Shown here: one piece after another, positions 18,450 to 28,326 of the stretch
How positions within the stretch are numbered: position 1 is the stretch's first letter
Layout of the letters: each line of letters starts with the position of its first letter
Origin: a virus
Taxonomy: Duplodnaviria > Caudoviricetes
Strand: one strand, 5' to 3'
IMG/VR virus record: IMGVR_UViG_3300001525_000522
Coordinates: 1 to 64,000 of that record
DNA length: 64,000 nucleotides
Position numbers and translations under genes: made by a program
Notes under the pieces: model-generated
Seen by the model: only the letters and a program-made list of their open reading frames with translations
The model's database searches: none
What the model was told of the DNA's origin: nothing

Positions 18450-21400
18450 ATGGCAGAAAAAATATTTGATACGGTTCAACTGCTGAGAGGTAAGCTTTCT
18501 GATTATTTAGATATAAACCCTATTTTAGATGAAGGTGAACTCGCAGTAGTATTTGACTCAACTACAAATAAACCTATTGGAATAAAGGCAGGTAATGGAG
18601 AGTTATCTTTCAGAGACCTGCCTTTCATGGGTGCTGGAAGCATAGAAACATATACTAAAGAAGAGATTGATTCCATGTTTGAAGAAACTGGAAAATCTTT
18701 AGATATTCTTAAATTGAATTATGCAGCTTTATTGGAAGTAATTTCTCCATCAGCATCCAAAGATAATAAATTGGTAACTGTTTCTGAAGTAAAGGAAATG
18801 GCTTTAGTTCCTACTGAAGACCAACTTAAAGCAATAAATTCTGGAATTACTTCTGAAATTCTTCAAAAGTTACTTACCGATGTTAGTAATAAATTAGATA
18901 AGAGAACTAATAGCACTACGAATGACCAAGCTTATGTAAAATCTGCTAATGGAACTAATAAAATGGTAAATATTACAGATGGCACATCTCAATCAGATAA
19001 TGGGCTGGCATTAAAAACTGCAGGTAGGATAAAAACTGCAAAAGCTGTAAATTCTACCGATGCAGTAAATAAGGATGATTTAGATACTGGATTAAATGGC
19101 AAACTTGATAAACAGGCTGCTCCTACAGAAAATACGTATGCATATACTACTGAAGGACTTGTGCAGGTATCTCAAGAAAAGACTGCAAATGCTATTGTAG
19201 AAAGAACTCCTAAAGGCACCATAAATATTTCTGATGCTGAGGAGAATTCAGAGGCTGCATCATTCGGTCAATTATCCAAGGTTTTTGATGATTTAAATGC
19301 TCATATAAATAATGAAAATAATCCTCATAGAGTAACCTATGTTCAGGCAGGTGCAGAAAAGGCAGGCTCAGTAAATGAACATAATTTATCTGAAGATGCG
19401 CATGCAGAATTATTTAATAAGAAACAGGAGGCAATTAAATCTCCTGCTAATCCTCAAAACTATTTCATGAAACCTCCTATAATTCAAGGAGGAGATCCTG
19501 TTTTAGGTAATTTATCTGATTTAGCTTCATCTATTGCTTTAGCAAATGAAATAGACCGTGCTAAAGGTGTTGAAGCACAAAAGGTAGATAAGAAAGAAGG
19601 CTATAGTTTATCTCAGAATGATTTTACTGATGCCTTAAAAGAACAATATGACAATGCAGTAAATAAGTTAGCAGGTGTGTCCCAAGGAGCTCAGGCCAAT
19701 ACTATAGAAAAGATTATATTGAATGGTTCTGAGATTACTCCTACTGCAGCAAAAGCAGTAAATCTTACAGATATTGCTAGAGCAAGTGAGGTAAAAGTTA
19801 CTACAGATGCTCTTAAAGCAGAAGATACTGCTTTATCTGAAAAAATTACTGTAGTAGAAAATTCTATAGAAACAGAGAAAAATAGAGCTCTTACAGTTGA
19901 AGCTAATCTTAAAAATTCTATAGATAATATACAGGAATTGATTCCTAATGGAGCAACTGAAAGCAATCAGTTAGCTGATAAGGATTTTGTAAATTCAAGC
20001 ATAGCTTCTAATACAGGCACTTTTAGAGGTACTTATAAATTATCTGAATCAGAATTCACTGCTTTACCATGGACAAGTACAGATTCTACCAGTGAGTATT
20101 ATGTACAAAATAATGACTACGCTTTCTTAGTTGCAGAAAATGAACCTGTTGGTGTAGATGTTTACAGAAGATATAAATGTGCTGTAACAGGTACTAATAT
20201 ACTTTGGAGTTTTGAATATGCTCTCAATAATTCTAGTTTTACTGCTGAACAATGGGCAGCTATAAATTCTGGAATTACTGATGCACTTGTAGGCAAAATA
20301 ATTACAAATGAATCTAATATTTCTGAATTAGATACTACTGTAAGGTCATTGAAAGTTGGTTTAGGGTCTGCTAAGAGTGATATAACTCTATTAGAAAACG
20401 ATATAGTAGCCCTTAAAACTACTGTAAATGAAAATACTTCTAAAATAACTGACATTGAAAATAATAAAGAAGATACTTACGGAGCATTTGTAAATGGTTG
20501 GTTTACTACTTATACTTGGGCAGTTATTGATAATGTAAATACCTTTGTATCAGATTTGGAAGGAAAACTTACTGTAGGAGAGGACGGCACGAAAACAGCA
20601 TATGGAACTTATATAGACAAGCTTAGAGACCCAAGTCTTTTCTCTGTAGGTGATAGACTTCCATTTGATTCTAAGAATGATTGTTACTATTTGGGTAAAA
20701 CTGATGAAACAGAATATGTAAAAATAGCAATTCCTGAATTAGGTAAATCCATAATTATTTCAGTAGATGATACAAGCAATCAAATAGTTTTCACTAATAA
20801 GTTTTTAGACCAATCTCTCAATGTGAATGATTTGCAGAATTATTTAAATACTAATAATTATGTTAAAGAAGTTACTAAAAAAGCTTATAATGATGAATCA
20901 TTTATGGCCTATAATGCTGAAGGAGAAATATTTAACAGTGGAATTAAAAAGAGTAATTTAGTTCCTGTAGAAGATAGTTATCAACCTAAATTTTATTGTA
21001 AACCACAGGATGCAGGCGCTTTTGCAAAAATCTATAATTCTCCTAGTAGCACGGTTAATTTGGCAATATCTGGCTGGGTATTTCCTTCCAGTGCTGATTG
21101 TTTCTTAAAACCTGATGAAACGTCTGGTATAGTTAAAGTTGGTTTAGTAGAAGGCACGATCTATCAAAATATTCATTTTAATGAAGACCTGACATTTTTA
21201 CCAGTATGCAATAAAGCTGAAAGTACTTCAGTAGAAACTCATAAAGGAATATTTAAAGATTGCTCATTTAACTTACTTTTATTCAGGAGTGAAGGAGAAT
21301 CTGCTAATACTGCTCAAATAACTGATTTTACCTTTTATAATAGTACCATAATTATAGATTCATTGCCTTTGGATTGGAGTGGCAGTGATATTACTATAAG

Positions 21401-22049
21401 AGCCTATAATTCTACTATTAAGTTTAACTTAACTAATAGCATTGCTTCAGCAGCGGTTAATTTTTATTTGAATGACAGTAAGTTAATATTCAGTGGAAAA
21501 GGTGCTACATTTAAATTACTAGATTCTTATAATTCTGAATTAGTTTTATTTAATAACTGTAAAATAACTCTTTCAGACACATATGTATATTCTAATATAA
21601 CTATTATGTATGCTTCTGGTAATTCAGTAAGTCTCATTGGTACAGAAGGCATTCATAGTAAGATTAATTTAATAGATTTTGCTCATCCATTTGAAATTTC
21701 AGTACCAGACTTATATTTTATTGGTTTACCAAATGATAAACATAGTAATATAGAATATTTCCTAAGAGATAAGAGAGTTATTATAAATTATAAAGATTGG
21801 TCTACAGATTTAACAGAAGGAGAATACACCGCTGAAATTGATTTAGGCTCATGGACTTGGAAAACAATAGAAACATACAAAGTAGAGATAGTGTATGCTG
21901 AAAATGAACAAAAAGTTTTAGAGCTGAGCCATGTGAATTTTACTCAAGTATATGATTCAACAATTCTTAAGATACAAAAACATCATACTTTTGCAGCTTT
22001 AGAAATTGCCTCCGCTTCTAATGAACCATACTTAGTAGTTTTAAGATAA
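18450..22049 (+). CDS. Tail fibre/spike with Mtd_N-like N-terminus, coiled coils and probable C-terminal beta-helix
   Basis: QLLRG...NPILDEGE...IKAGNG..F.DLP; DAVNK neck; Asn/Ser/Ile-rich beta repeats at C-terminus. Confidence 0.75.
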   Translation: MAEKIFDTVQLLRGKLSDYLDINPILDEGELAVVFDSTTNKPIGIKAGNGELSFRDLPFMGAGSIETYTKEEIDSMFEETGKSLDILKLNYAALLEVISPSASKDNKLVTVSEVKEMALVPTEDQLKAINSGITSEILQKLLTDVSNKLDKRTNSTTNDQAYVKSANGTNKMVNITDGTSQSDNGLALKTAGRIKTAKAVNSTDAVNKDDLDTGLNGKLDKQAAPTENTYAYTTEGLVQVSQEKTANAIVERTPKGTINISDAEENSEAASFGQLSKVFDDLNAHINNENNPHRVTYVQAGAEKAGSVNEHNLSEDAHAELFNKKQEAIKSPANPQNYFMKPPIIQGGDPVLGNLSDLASSIALANEIDRAKGVEAQKVDKKEGYSLSQNDFTDALKEQYDNAVNKLAGVSQGAQANTIEKIILNGSEITPTAAKAVNLTDIARASEVKVTTDALKAEDTALSEKITVVENSIETEKNRALTVEANLKNSIDNIQELIPNGATESNQLADKDFVNSSIASNTGTFRGTYKLSESEFTALPWTSTDSTSEYYVQNNDYAFLVAENEPVGVDVYRRYKCAVTGTNILWSFEYALNNSSFTAEQWAAINSGITDALVGKIITNESNISELDTTVRSLKVGLGSAKSDITLLENDIVALKTTVNENTSKITDIENNKEDTYGAFVNGWFTTYTWAVIDNVNTFVSDLEGKLTVGEDGTKTAYGTYIDKLRDPSLFSVGDRLPFDSKNDCYYLGKTDETEYVKIAIPELGKSIIISVDDTSNQIVFTNKFLDQSLNVNDLQNYLNTNNYVKEVTKKAYNDESFMAYNAEGEIFNSGIKKSNLVPVEDSYQPKFYCKPQDAGAFAKIYNSPSSTVNLAISGWVFPSSADCFLKPDETSGIVKVGLVEGTIYQNIHFNEDLTFLPVCNKAESTSVETHKGIFKDCSFNLLLFRSEGESANTAQITDFTFYNSTIIIDSLPLDWSGSDITIRAYNSTIKFNLTNSIASAAVNFYLNDSKLIFSGKGATFKLLDSYNSELVLFNNCKITLSDTYVYSNITIMYASGNSVSLIGTEGIHSKINLIDFAHPFEISVPDLYFIGLPNDKHSNIEYFLRDKRVIINYKDWSTDLTEGEYTAEIDLGSWTWKTIETYKVEIVYAENEQKVLELSHVNFTQVYDSTILKIQKHHTFAALEIASASNEPYLVVLR

Positions 22050-22073
22050 CGACTTAATAATTTTATAATATTT

Positions 22074-22104
22074 AAGGCTTCTCTAATCAAAGAGAGGCCT
22101 TTTT
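22074..22104 (+). terminator. Intrinsic terminator
   Basis: AAGGCTTCTCT/AGAGAGGCCTT stem + T-run. Confidence 0.8.
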
Positions 22105-22121
22105 CAATATTCAATATGAAT
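22105..22121 (+). promoter_or_regulatory. CAATATT.AAT motif (candidate late promoter) before portal
   Basis: Directly after the terminator, before SD aaggag. Confidence 0.45.
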
Positions 22122-22147
22122 ATTATTAAGAAGGAGAATTCACGTTA

Positions 22148-23866
22148 ATGACGGAAGGAAATGGAATGGAATTTGCTAAGAGGTTCATTTCAGGCAATAT
22201 GAAAGCTGATGAAGCTTTTTCTGAGGCAATGAAACAGGTGGACCCAGTTGAATTAGCAAAACTTATAGATGATGCAGTAGGCCAAAACTTTGATAGACTC
22301 CAAGGCTTTATGGATTTGGCTAAAAATATCAAGGCTAAAAATGATGAACTTGATATAATGGCATCAGATACTTTGCCTGCAGCTATAATAACATCTTACT
22401 TATCAGATGTATTAGAACCGAATAATAACGGTGACCTCATTTCTATAATAGCAAATAATCCTAATTCTCAAGCAGTATTGGATAACCTTTATAAGCAATT
22501 ATCAATTCCTAATGAGAAAGTAATCTATAGCTTATTAACTCATGGTATTGCCATAGCAAAATTTGACCGGTCTAAAGTTTCCAGAAAAGATAAGGCTGCT
22601 AATGAAGATATAAAAGTTGCTGTCAATTATGGAGAGCTGCTTCCTGAAATTGAATTTATTTCAGATACTTCTACAGTTTTTCCTATTCTTAAAAATGAAA
22701 AATGTGTAGGATATATAGAGGTAACTAAATCTGAAATATTAGACAATTTTAATTGGACCGTAGATACTATAAGTTATGAAGATGTTGTAATCCATTCTGC
22801 TTTAGATTATGCTTATGTAAAATTTGGAGTAAATAAATCCAGTAAACCATTACAGTTAAGAATACGAGATAAGTCTGGAAAAATTACGGCATATAATATA
22901 GATACCGGTTGTTCTTTATTAGAAAACTCTTATTCAGCATGGAAAACTCTTACCATTCTCCAAGATAGTGTAGTATTGGCAAGCTTAATTAAAAATGCTA
23001 CCACCATAATTATTCAGACTGAGGCAGGAGGAATGTCAGATGAAGAAATCCAAGTTGCTAAAGTAAAACTCAAATCTTTGTTCGAAGGAAAACTGTCCTT
23101 AGGAAGAGATGGTCTTAAGAGCTATATAAGTCCTCAGCCAAAACCAAACTATGTATATTCATTTACTTCTAACGGTACAGGAGCAATAACCACTGAAACT
23201 GTTGGAGGAGAATACAATCCAGGTCAATTATACTATTTAGAGCCATTTTATAATGCTTTCTTTGGAGGCATGAACTATCCTAAACAGCAAGTAGGTTTTG
23301 GAGAATCAGCTGGTTTAGATGGTGGTGGAGCAGTAGAAGAGTATACCAAGAGATACTTATCTACGGTTTCTCAATTTAAGAGATTACTGGCAGAATTCAT
23401 AAAGAGATGCATGAATAATGTATTAAGCTCTAGAGAAATGCCAAATCTTATAAATGATTATGAGGTTAAGATATACAAAGCTTATAAAGATGAAGACCAG
23501 GCTGTCATACAGATGCAGCAGCAACAACTGCAGGTTATGAATGATTTATTTAGCTTTATAGAAATAGAGGATCCAGTACAAGTAAGAAACATTAAGCTCG
23601 CTATGGTGAAAAAAGTATTCTCAGACAAGGCCTTATTAGATACTATAGAAGAGGCAATGATGCAAAAAACTCCTGATGCAGAAACAGGAGAAGCAGCTGA
23701 GGAAGAACCTGAGCCATCAGCTGATGATATATTATCTGATATAGAAGATGAAGGAACTGGTACAGTAGAAGAAGAGCCTATGGAATCTGAAATTCCTGAA
23801 GAAACTCCTACTGAGGGTGAAATGGAAGAACTTCCTCCATTATTAGGACAAATGCCTGAGGAATAA
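22148..23866 (+). CDS. Portal protein (T4 gp20-like)
   Basis: 572 aa, first gene of head module; FFGGMNYPKQ and YTKRY..TV..F.R.L fit portal C-terminal motifs; acidic tail. Confidence 0.75.
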   Translation: MTEGNGMEFAKRFISGNMKADEAFSEAMKQVDPVELAKLIDDAVGQNFDRLQGFMDLAKNIKAKNDELDIMASDTLPAAIITSYLSDVLEPNNNGDLISIIANNPNSQAVLDNLYKQLSIPNEKVIYSLLTHGIAIAKFDRSKVSRKDKAANEDIKVAVNYGELLPEIEFISDTSTVFPILKNEKCVGYIEVTKSEILDNFNWTVDTISYEDVVIHSALDYAYVKFGVNKSSKPLQLRIRDKSGKITAYNIDTGCSLLENSYSAWKTLTILQDSVVLASLIKNATTIIIQTEAGGMSDEEIQVAKVKLKSLFEGKLSLGRDGLKSYISPQPKPNYVYSFTSNGTGAITTETVGGEYNPGQLYYLEPFYNAFFGGMNYPKQQVGFGESAGLDGGGAVEEYTKRYLSTVSQFKRLLAEFIKRCMNNVLSSREMPNLINDYEVKIYKAYKDEDQAVIQMQQQQLQVMNDLFSFIEIEDPVQVRNIKLAMVKKVFSDKALLDTIEEAMMQKTPDAETGEAAEEEPEPSADDILSDIEDEGTGTVEEEPMESEIPEETPTEGEMEELPPLLGQMPEE

Positions 23867-23870
23867 TTAA

Positions 23871-24557
23871 ATGATATTTCCTGATTTATTAAAAGATTTC
23901 ATTTCTCAAAATGCTCAAGATATAGATGCTAAAAATTTTGAAAAAGTATATTCAAAATTTTTAAATATTTTTTCAGTGTATAGTAATGATGTTGAAGGAG
24001 CATTTACAGAACTTTTACTTAAAAATGGAATTAATCCATTACATTACTTAGAAAATGTTCCTGAAAATTTTGCATATGATACAGGCATTAAAGAAATTGT
24101 TATACCTGACCACATACAGACAATCGGATATAATGCTTTTAGGAGTTGCGAGGTATTAGAAAAGGCTAAAATAGGAGAAAATGTGCATGTAATAGGTTAT
24201 AAAGCTTTTTCATATTGCAGATTACTCCGAGATATAAATATTCCAAACAAAGTAAGACATATTAAGATTAGCGCATTTGAATTTTGTGATTCTTTAGTAA
24301 ACCTTATTTTACCCGATAGTTTAGAATATCTAGGTGCAGCTGCATTTGAAAACTGTACTTTACTCCAAAAGGTTGTACTGCCTTCAAAACTTTCTTATAT
24401 GGGTTCAAGGATATTTTCTGGTTGCGAAGCATTGTCTGAAATAATTTACAATGGTACAATGGCGCAGTGGGATAACATTGAAAAATCAGAAGCTTGGGCA
24501 AAAGATTCATATATTACAAAAATTAAATGTACGAATGGAGTAATACAGGATACATGA
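23871..24557 (+). CDS. BspA-like (LRR_5) leucine-rich-repeat protein
   Basis: About 5 I(P/G)..(V/I)..IG..AF..C..L repeats; shared N-domain and Y.G...QW..I...I.C.(D/N)G cap. Confidence 0.85.
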   Translation: MIFPDLLKDFISQNAQDIDAKNFEKVYSKFLNIFSVYSNDVEGAFTELLLKNGINPLHYLENVPENFAYDTGIKEIVIPDHIQTIGYNAFRSCEVLEKAKIGENVHVIGYKAFSYCRLLRDINIPNKVRHIKISAFEFCDSLVNLILPDSLEYLGAAAFENCTLLQKVVLPSKLSYMGSRIFSGCEALSEIIYNGTMAQWDNIEKSEAWAKDSYITKIKCTNGVIQDT

Positions 24558-25108
24558 AAGATTTAACTTTAAGAGAATTTATCGAAAAGTATGAGAAGGC
24601 TATAGACAATCAAGAATTTGAAAAGATTTATAGATTGGCCTCATCTAATTTAGAATATATTGGTGACACAGGTAACCTTACCGGCTTATTTTACCAATGT
24701 GGAGTAGACCCATTGGAGCATCTGAGTAAAATTCCAGATTATTATGCAATCCAAGTAAATTATCAGCCAATTTGTATTCCTAGTAACATTAATATTCCTA
24801 GTAACATTACAAGCATAGGTGAACATGCATTTTCCAATAGTACACCGCTCACCAGTGTTAATATATCTGATGGTGCTAGAAGTATAGGCGAAGGTGCATT
24901 TACTGATTGCATTTTGCTTACAAGCATTACTATTCCTGAAAGTGTTGCACGTATAGGTCTCAGAGCATTTTACGGCTGCCTTAAATTAAAAACTATAGAT
25001 TACAAAGGTAATAAAGAACAATGGAATTCCATTATTAAAGGACGTGAGTGGAATCAAAATTCTGGAATTAAGGAAATACATTGTAAAGATGGAATAATAA
25101 ATTTATAA
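24554..25108 (+). CDS. BspA-like LRR protein
   Basis: IPSNITSIGEHAF, IPESVARIGLRAFYGC; start at ATGA overlap 24554. Confidence 0.85.
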   Translation: MKDLTLREFIEKYEKAIDNQEFEKIYRLASSNLEYIGDTGNLTGLFYQCGVDPLEHLSKIPDYYAIQVNYQPICIPSNINIPSNITSIGEHAFSNSTPLTSVNISDGARSIGEGAFTDCILLTSITIPESVARIGLRAFYGCLKLKTIDYKGNKEQWNSIIKGREWNQNSGIKEIHCKDGIINL

Positions 25109-25139
25109 AAATAATAATAACATTTAGGAGGCTACGATA

Positions 25140-25493
25140 ATGTCGAGCACAGAATTATTAAAAAATTATAAAACAAAAGAAGCAAAGTACGAAATAATCA
25201 AAGAAAGATTTTCTATTTTAGAAGATTTTATCAAAGGTTTAAAACAAAGAAAGGCTACTGTTTATACAGCAATCATGACCAACAATATCACCGGTTTTGA
25301 TGGAGTTGTAACATTGTCATCTTTGTTATTGCAGGTAAATCTCTATTGCAGAAAGAATAATTCTTTGATGTTATTAAAGCAGATAGATGCTGATAAACTT
25401 ACTGAAGCCATATTGAGTTTTTATTCAGGAGAATATATCAAAATGATTGAATATTCTAAATTAATAAAAAATATTTTTGAGTGTGTACAATGA
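25140..25493 (+). CDS. Hypothetical protein
   Basis: SD aggagg, 117 aa. Confidence 0.65.
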   Translation: MSSTELLKNYKTKEAKYEIIKERFSILEDFIKGLKQRKATVYTAIMTNNITGFDGVVTLSSLLLQVNLYCRKNNSLMLLKQIDADKLTEAILSFYSGEYIKMIEYSKLIKNIFECVQ

Positions 25494-25954
25494 GCATAAG
25501 CTTAAAAGAATTTATTAAAAATCATAGAGATGACATCAACTCTCAATCATTCGAAGAGATTTATGATGAATTAAACTCGAGTTTTTTACCGGCAGTTGAC
25601 GTAGGTAAATTTACTGAGTTACTTTATACATGTGGAGTAGACCCATTGGAGCATCTGAGTAAAATTCCAGATTTTTATGCATACAAATCAAGATTCCAGT
25701 CAATAGTTATTCCTAATAATATTATAAGCATTGGTAAAGGTGCATTCGAAGATTGTGTTTCTCTCACTAGTATTACTATCCCAGATAGCGTTACAAGTAT
25801 AAGTAATTATGCGTTCTCTGGTTGCACCGAATTAAAAACTATCAATTATGCGGGCAGTAAGGAACAGTGGAATTCTATCAGTAAAGCAAGTAATTGGAAC
25901 TTTAATATGACTAACTACACAATACATTGTACGGACGGAGATATAACTTTATAA
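25490..25954 (+). CDS. BspA-like LRR protein (short)
   Basis: IPNNIISIGKGAFEDC, IPDSVTSISNYAFSGC; ATGA overlap. Confidence 0.85.
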   Translation: MSISLKEFIKNHRDDINSQSFEEIYDELNSSFLPAVDVGKFTELLYTCGVDPLEHLSKIPDFYAYKSRFQSIVIPNNIISIGKGAFEDCVSLTSITIPDSVTSISNYAFSGCTELKTINYAGSKEQWNSISKASNWNFNMTNYTIHCTDGDITL

Positions 25955-26032
25955 GGAATTTAATGAAAATTTTTAAATGTGTGCAATAAACAATTATATA
26001 TTATAATAAATAATTTTTTAAGGAGCAGATAT

Positions 26033-26638
26033 ATGAGAAAATTTTTACAAATTACTGTAGCAGTTCTTGTATTAGCTTTTATAGGATTCTTTGGAACTAT
26101 TGGAGCTTTTTATGATGATACAGTAAGAATACCTAAAGTATCTGAAGAAGTAGAATCTCCTGCAGAAACAGAAGAACCTGCTGAAACAGAAACTACTTTA
26201 GAAATTGTAGTAACTGAGGAAGAGGTTGGAGAACCTATTGATTTAGGTGAAGAAACAGGAGAGACAGAAGAAACTCCTACTGAAGGAGAAGAGCCTACAG
26301 AAGATACCGAAAATACTGAGAAACCTGAAGAAATAGTTTTTGAAGATAAAGCATTAGGAGATTTGATGCTTGAAAAACTTGGAGTAGCCGGTATGAGAGA
26401 CAATCTTGGAGAAGCTACTGTTAGAAAAATAGCTATAGGAATTTTATGTGCATTATCTATCTTTGAAGGTTTCATGCTTACTAGAGTATTTAAGCCTGTT
26501 AAGAAAACTGAAAATACTGAAAAGAAACCTCATAGGCATGGCCATAGGCACTTCGGCAGAAAACACAGACCTGAACCTAATCCTAATGCAATTGAAGGAT
26601 ACAATGTTCCTAGAGATTCTAATAGATTAAAATTTTAA
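26033..26638 (+). CDS. Membrane protein: N-terminal signal/anchor, Glu/Thr/Pro-rich linker, second TM, basic His-rich tail
   Basis: MRKFLQITVAVLVLAFIGFFGTIG; SD aggag gives start 26033. Confidence 0.75.
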   Translation: MRKFLQITVAVLVLAFIGFFGTIGAFYDDTVRIPKVSEEVESPAETEEPAETETTLEIVVTEEEVGEPIDLGEETGETEETPTEGEEPTEDTENTEKPEEIVFEDKALGDLMLEKLGVAGMRDNLGEATVRKIAIGILCALSIFEGFMLTRVFKPVKKTENTEKKPHRHGHRHFGRKHRPEPNPNAIEGYNVPRDSNRLKF

Positions 26639-26666
26639 TTACACTTAAGTTCACCTTCTTATTTTC

Positions 26667-26700
26667 CTAAGGCCCAGAATACTTTCTGGGTCTTGGGTTT
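26667..26700 (+). terminator. Intrinsic terminator
   Basis: AAGGCCCAGAA/TTCTGGGTCTT stem + T-run. Confidence 0.7.
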
Positions 26701-26709
26701 TATTATAGT

Positions 26710-26726
26710 CAATATTTAATATATAA
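26710..26726 (+). promoter_or_regulatory. CAATATT.AAT motif before protease
   Basis: CAATATTTAATATATAA. Confidence 0.45.
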
Positions 26727-26751
26727 ATATGTTTTTATAAGAGGACAGAAA

Positions 26752-28191
26752 ATGCCAGAAGTTGGAAAGAATTATCTGTGTGATATAGATGGTCTTTGTG
26801 CAGTATTCAGTAAAGATACTTTGAATGGAAGAAACTATTCTCAGATTTATCGTAATTTGTTAGATGGCAAGGATTATAGATTTAATGAATCAATGAGAAG
26901 AGGAGGAATTCTCTGTGAATTAGGCCATCCTGTACAAGAAACTGCTGATTTTGAAAGGACTGAGACAGACCTCAATAAAGTATGTGCTATATTAACTGAA
27001 ATAAGAGAAGGTGAAGATAGTCAAGTATATGCAAAAGGAAAAATCTTAGATACTCCTGCAGGAAGAATTTACATGGCAATGAAGCCATTTTATAAATTTG
27101 GTTTTTCCAGTAGAGGTTCTTATGATGCAGTTGATGATGCATATGCAGAAGGCCCAGATGGCTGGAATCAGGATTCATACGTTTTTAAAGGATTTGATAT
27201 AGTAGCTTTGCCAGCAACTGAAATATCTGAAATATCTGCAACTGAAGGAATAGCTACTGCTAAAAAGAGAAAATCTGCCAGAGAATCTTTAGATATAAAT
27301 GAAATTGCAAATGCTGCTAATGTTACTCCTGAAGAAGTAAATAGAGAATTAGATAAAATGTTTACGGAAAAAGGAGATTTGGCTGGTTCAGAAGTAGTTT
27401 CATTAAGAGATTACGTAGAAGATACTAAAAAATCAGAGGCACCTGAAATTACAGTTGAATCAGAAGAAATTGAGACCGTTCCGGTAACTCCTGAGCCTGA
27501 AGCTCCTGCAAGCGATATTAAGCAAGATTTACTTACTGCTTTAGGAGAGGCTGCTAAATTAAGAGAAGACTTAGAAAAAGCTGATTTTGATAAACAGAAT
27601 TTACAATCAGAATTAGATAGCCTAAAAACAGAGAATGCTGAATTATTGCATAGAGCTATTGAAGCTGAAAAAGCCTTGGCAGATTATGAAGAAATAAAAC
27701 ACCTTTCCAAACAGCTGGTAGATTCTTATCATGGTGTTAAAGATGAATATGAATCAGAGGCGCAAGAGCTCAAGGAGATGTTTGCACAAGAGCAGCAGAC
27801 ATCTACGAAATGGCAAGAAGAGGCTAAGAATGCTGCAAATGAAAAGAAGATTGCAGAAGAAAGCCTGAGCAAAACAAATGAAGAATTGGCCAAATATAGA
27901 AGCAGAAATTCTATGTTAGTAAAAGAATTAGATTCTGCTAAAAATAATCTTTTAGATGTTTATTCCAGAAATTATGGAGTAGCTAAAGAATCTATAATTA
28001 AAAAATTAGGAAATAATTATAGAGCTTTGCAGATAAAACCTGCAGTAGAAGCTCTTGCTAAAGATAATTTAAGACTCTCAAAAACATCTTCATCATTTGA
28101 AGCTTTGGCTAATTATAGTGCTCCTGCTAAAGAATCTATTCAATTTAATGATGAGGTGGAGAGAGAACTCTTTGAAATGTTAGAAGATTAA
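26752..28191 (+). CDS. Prohead protease (T4 gp21-like) fused to coiled-coil scaffold domain
   Basis: NGRNY, LCELGHP (His), GFSSRGS (Ser), FDIVALPA; long coiled-coil C-terminal half. Confidence 0.85.
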   Translation: MPEVGKNYLCDIDGLCAVFSKDTLNGRNYSQIYRNLLDGKDYRFNESMRRGGILCELGHPVQETADFERTETDLNKVCAILTEIREGEDSQVYAKGKILDTPAGRIYMAMKPFYKFGFSSRGSYDAVDDAYAEGPDGWNQDSYVFKGFDIVALPATEISEISATEGIATAKKRKSARESLDINEIANAANVTPEEVNRELDKMFTEKGDLAGSEVVSLRDYVEDTKKSEAPEITVESEEIETVPVTPEPEAPASDIKQDLLTALGEAAKLREDLEKADFDKQNLQSELDSLKTENAELLHRAIEAEKALADYEEIKHLSKQLVDSYHGVKDEYESEAQELKEMFAQEQQTSTKWQEEAKNAANEKKIAEESLSKTNEELAKYRSRNSMLVKELDSAKNNLLDVYSRNYGVAKESIIKKLGNNYRALQIKPAVEALAKDNLRLSKTSSSFEALANYSAPAKESIQFNDEVERELFEMLED

Positions 28192-28236
28192 ACTTATCCT
28201 GCATACTGTATTTTGTATGTTCTCCATAAAAGTGGT

Positions 28237-28266
28237 AAAAGAGCTGGTAGAAATATCAGCTCTTTT
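28237..28266 (+). terminator. Intrinsic terminator (GAAA loop)
   Basis: AAAAGAGCTG/CAGCTCTTTT. Confidence 0.8.
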
Positions 28267-28326
28267 GCTATTTGTGTATAATAATTTATAATTATAAGTT
28301 ATTAGCAGCAGAGGTGTTCTAATTAA

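Noticed and set aside
13281-25954. Diversity-generating retroelement behind the repeats in adhesin and LRR genes
   Set aside because: All repeat copies are coding, mismatches are not adenine-restricted, and there is no reverse transcriptase in the window
26110-26475. 121-aa minus-strand ORF
   Set aside because: Antisense shadow of the Glu/Thr-rich linker
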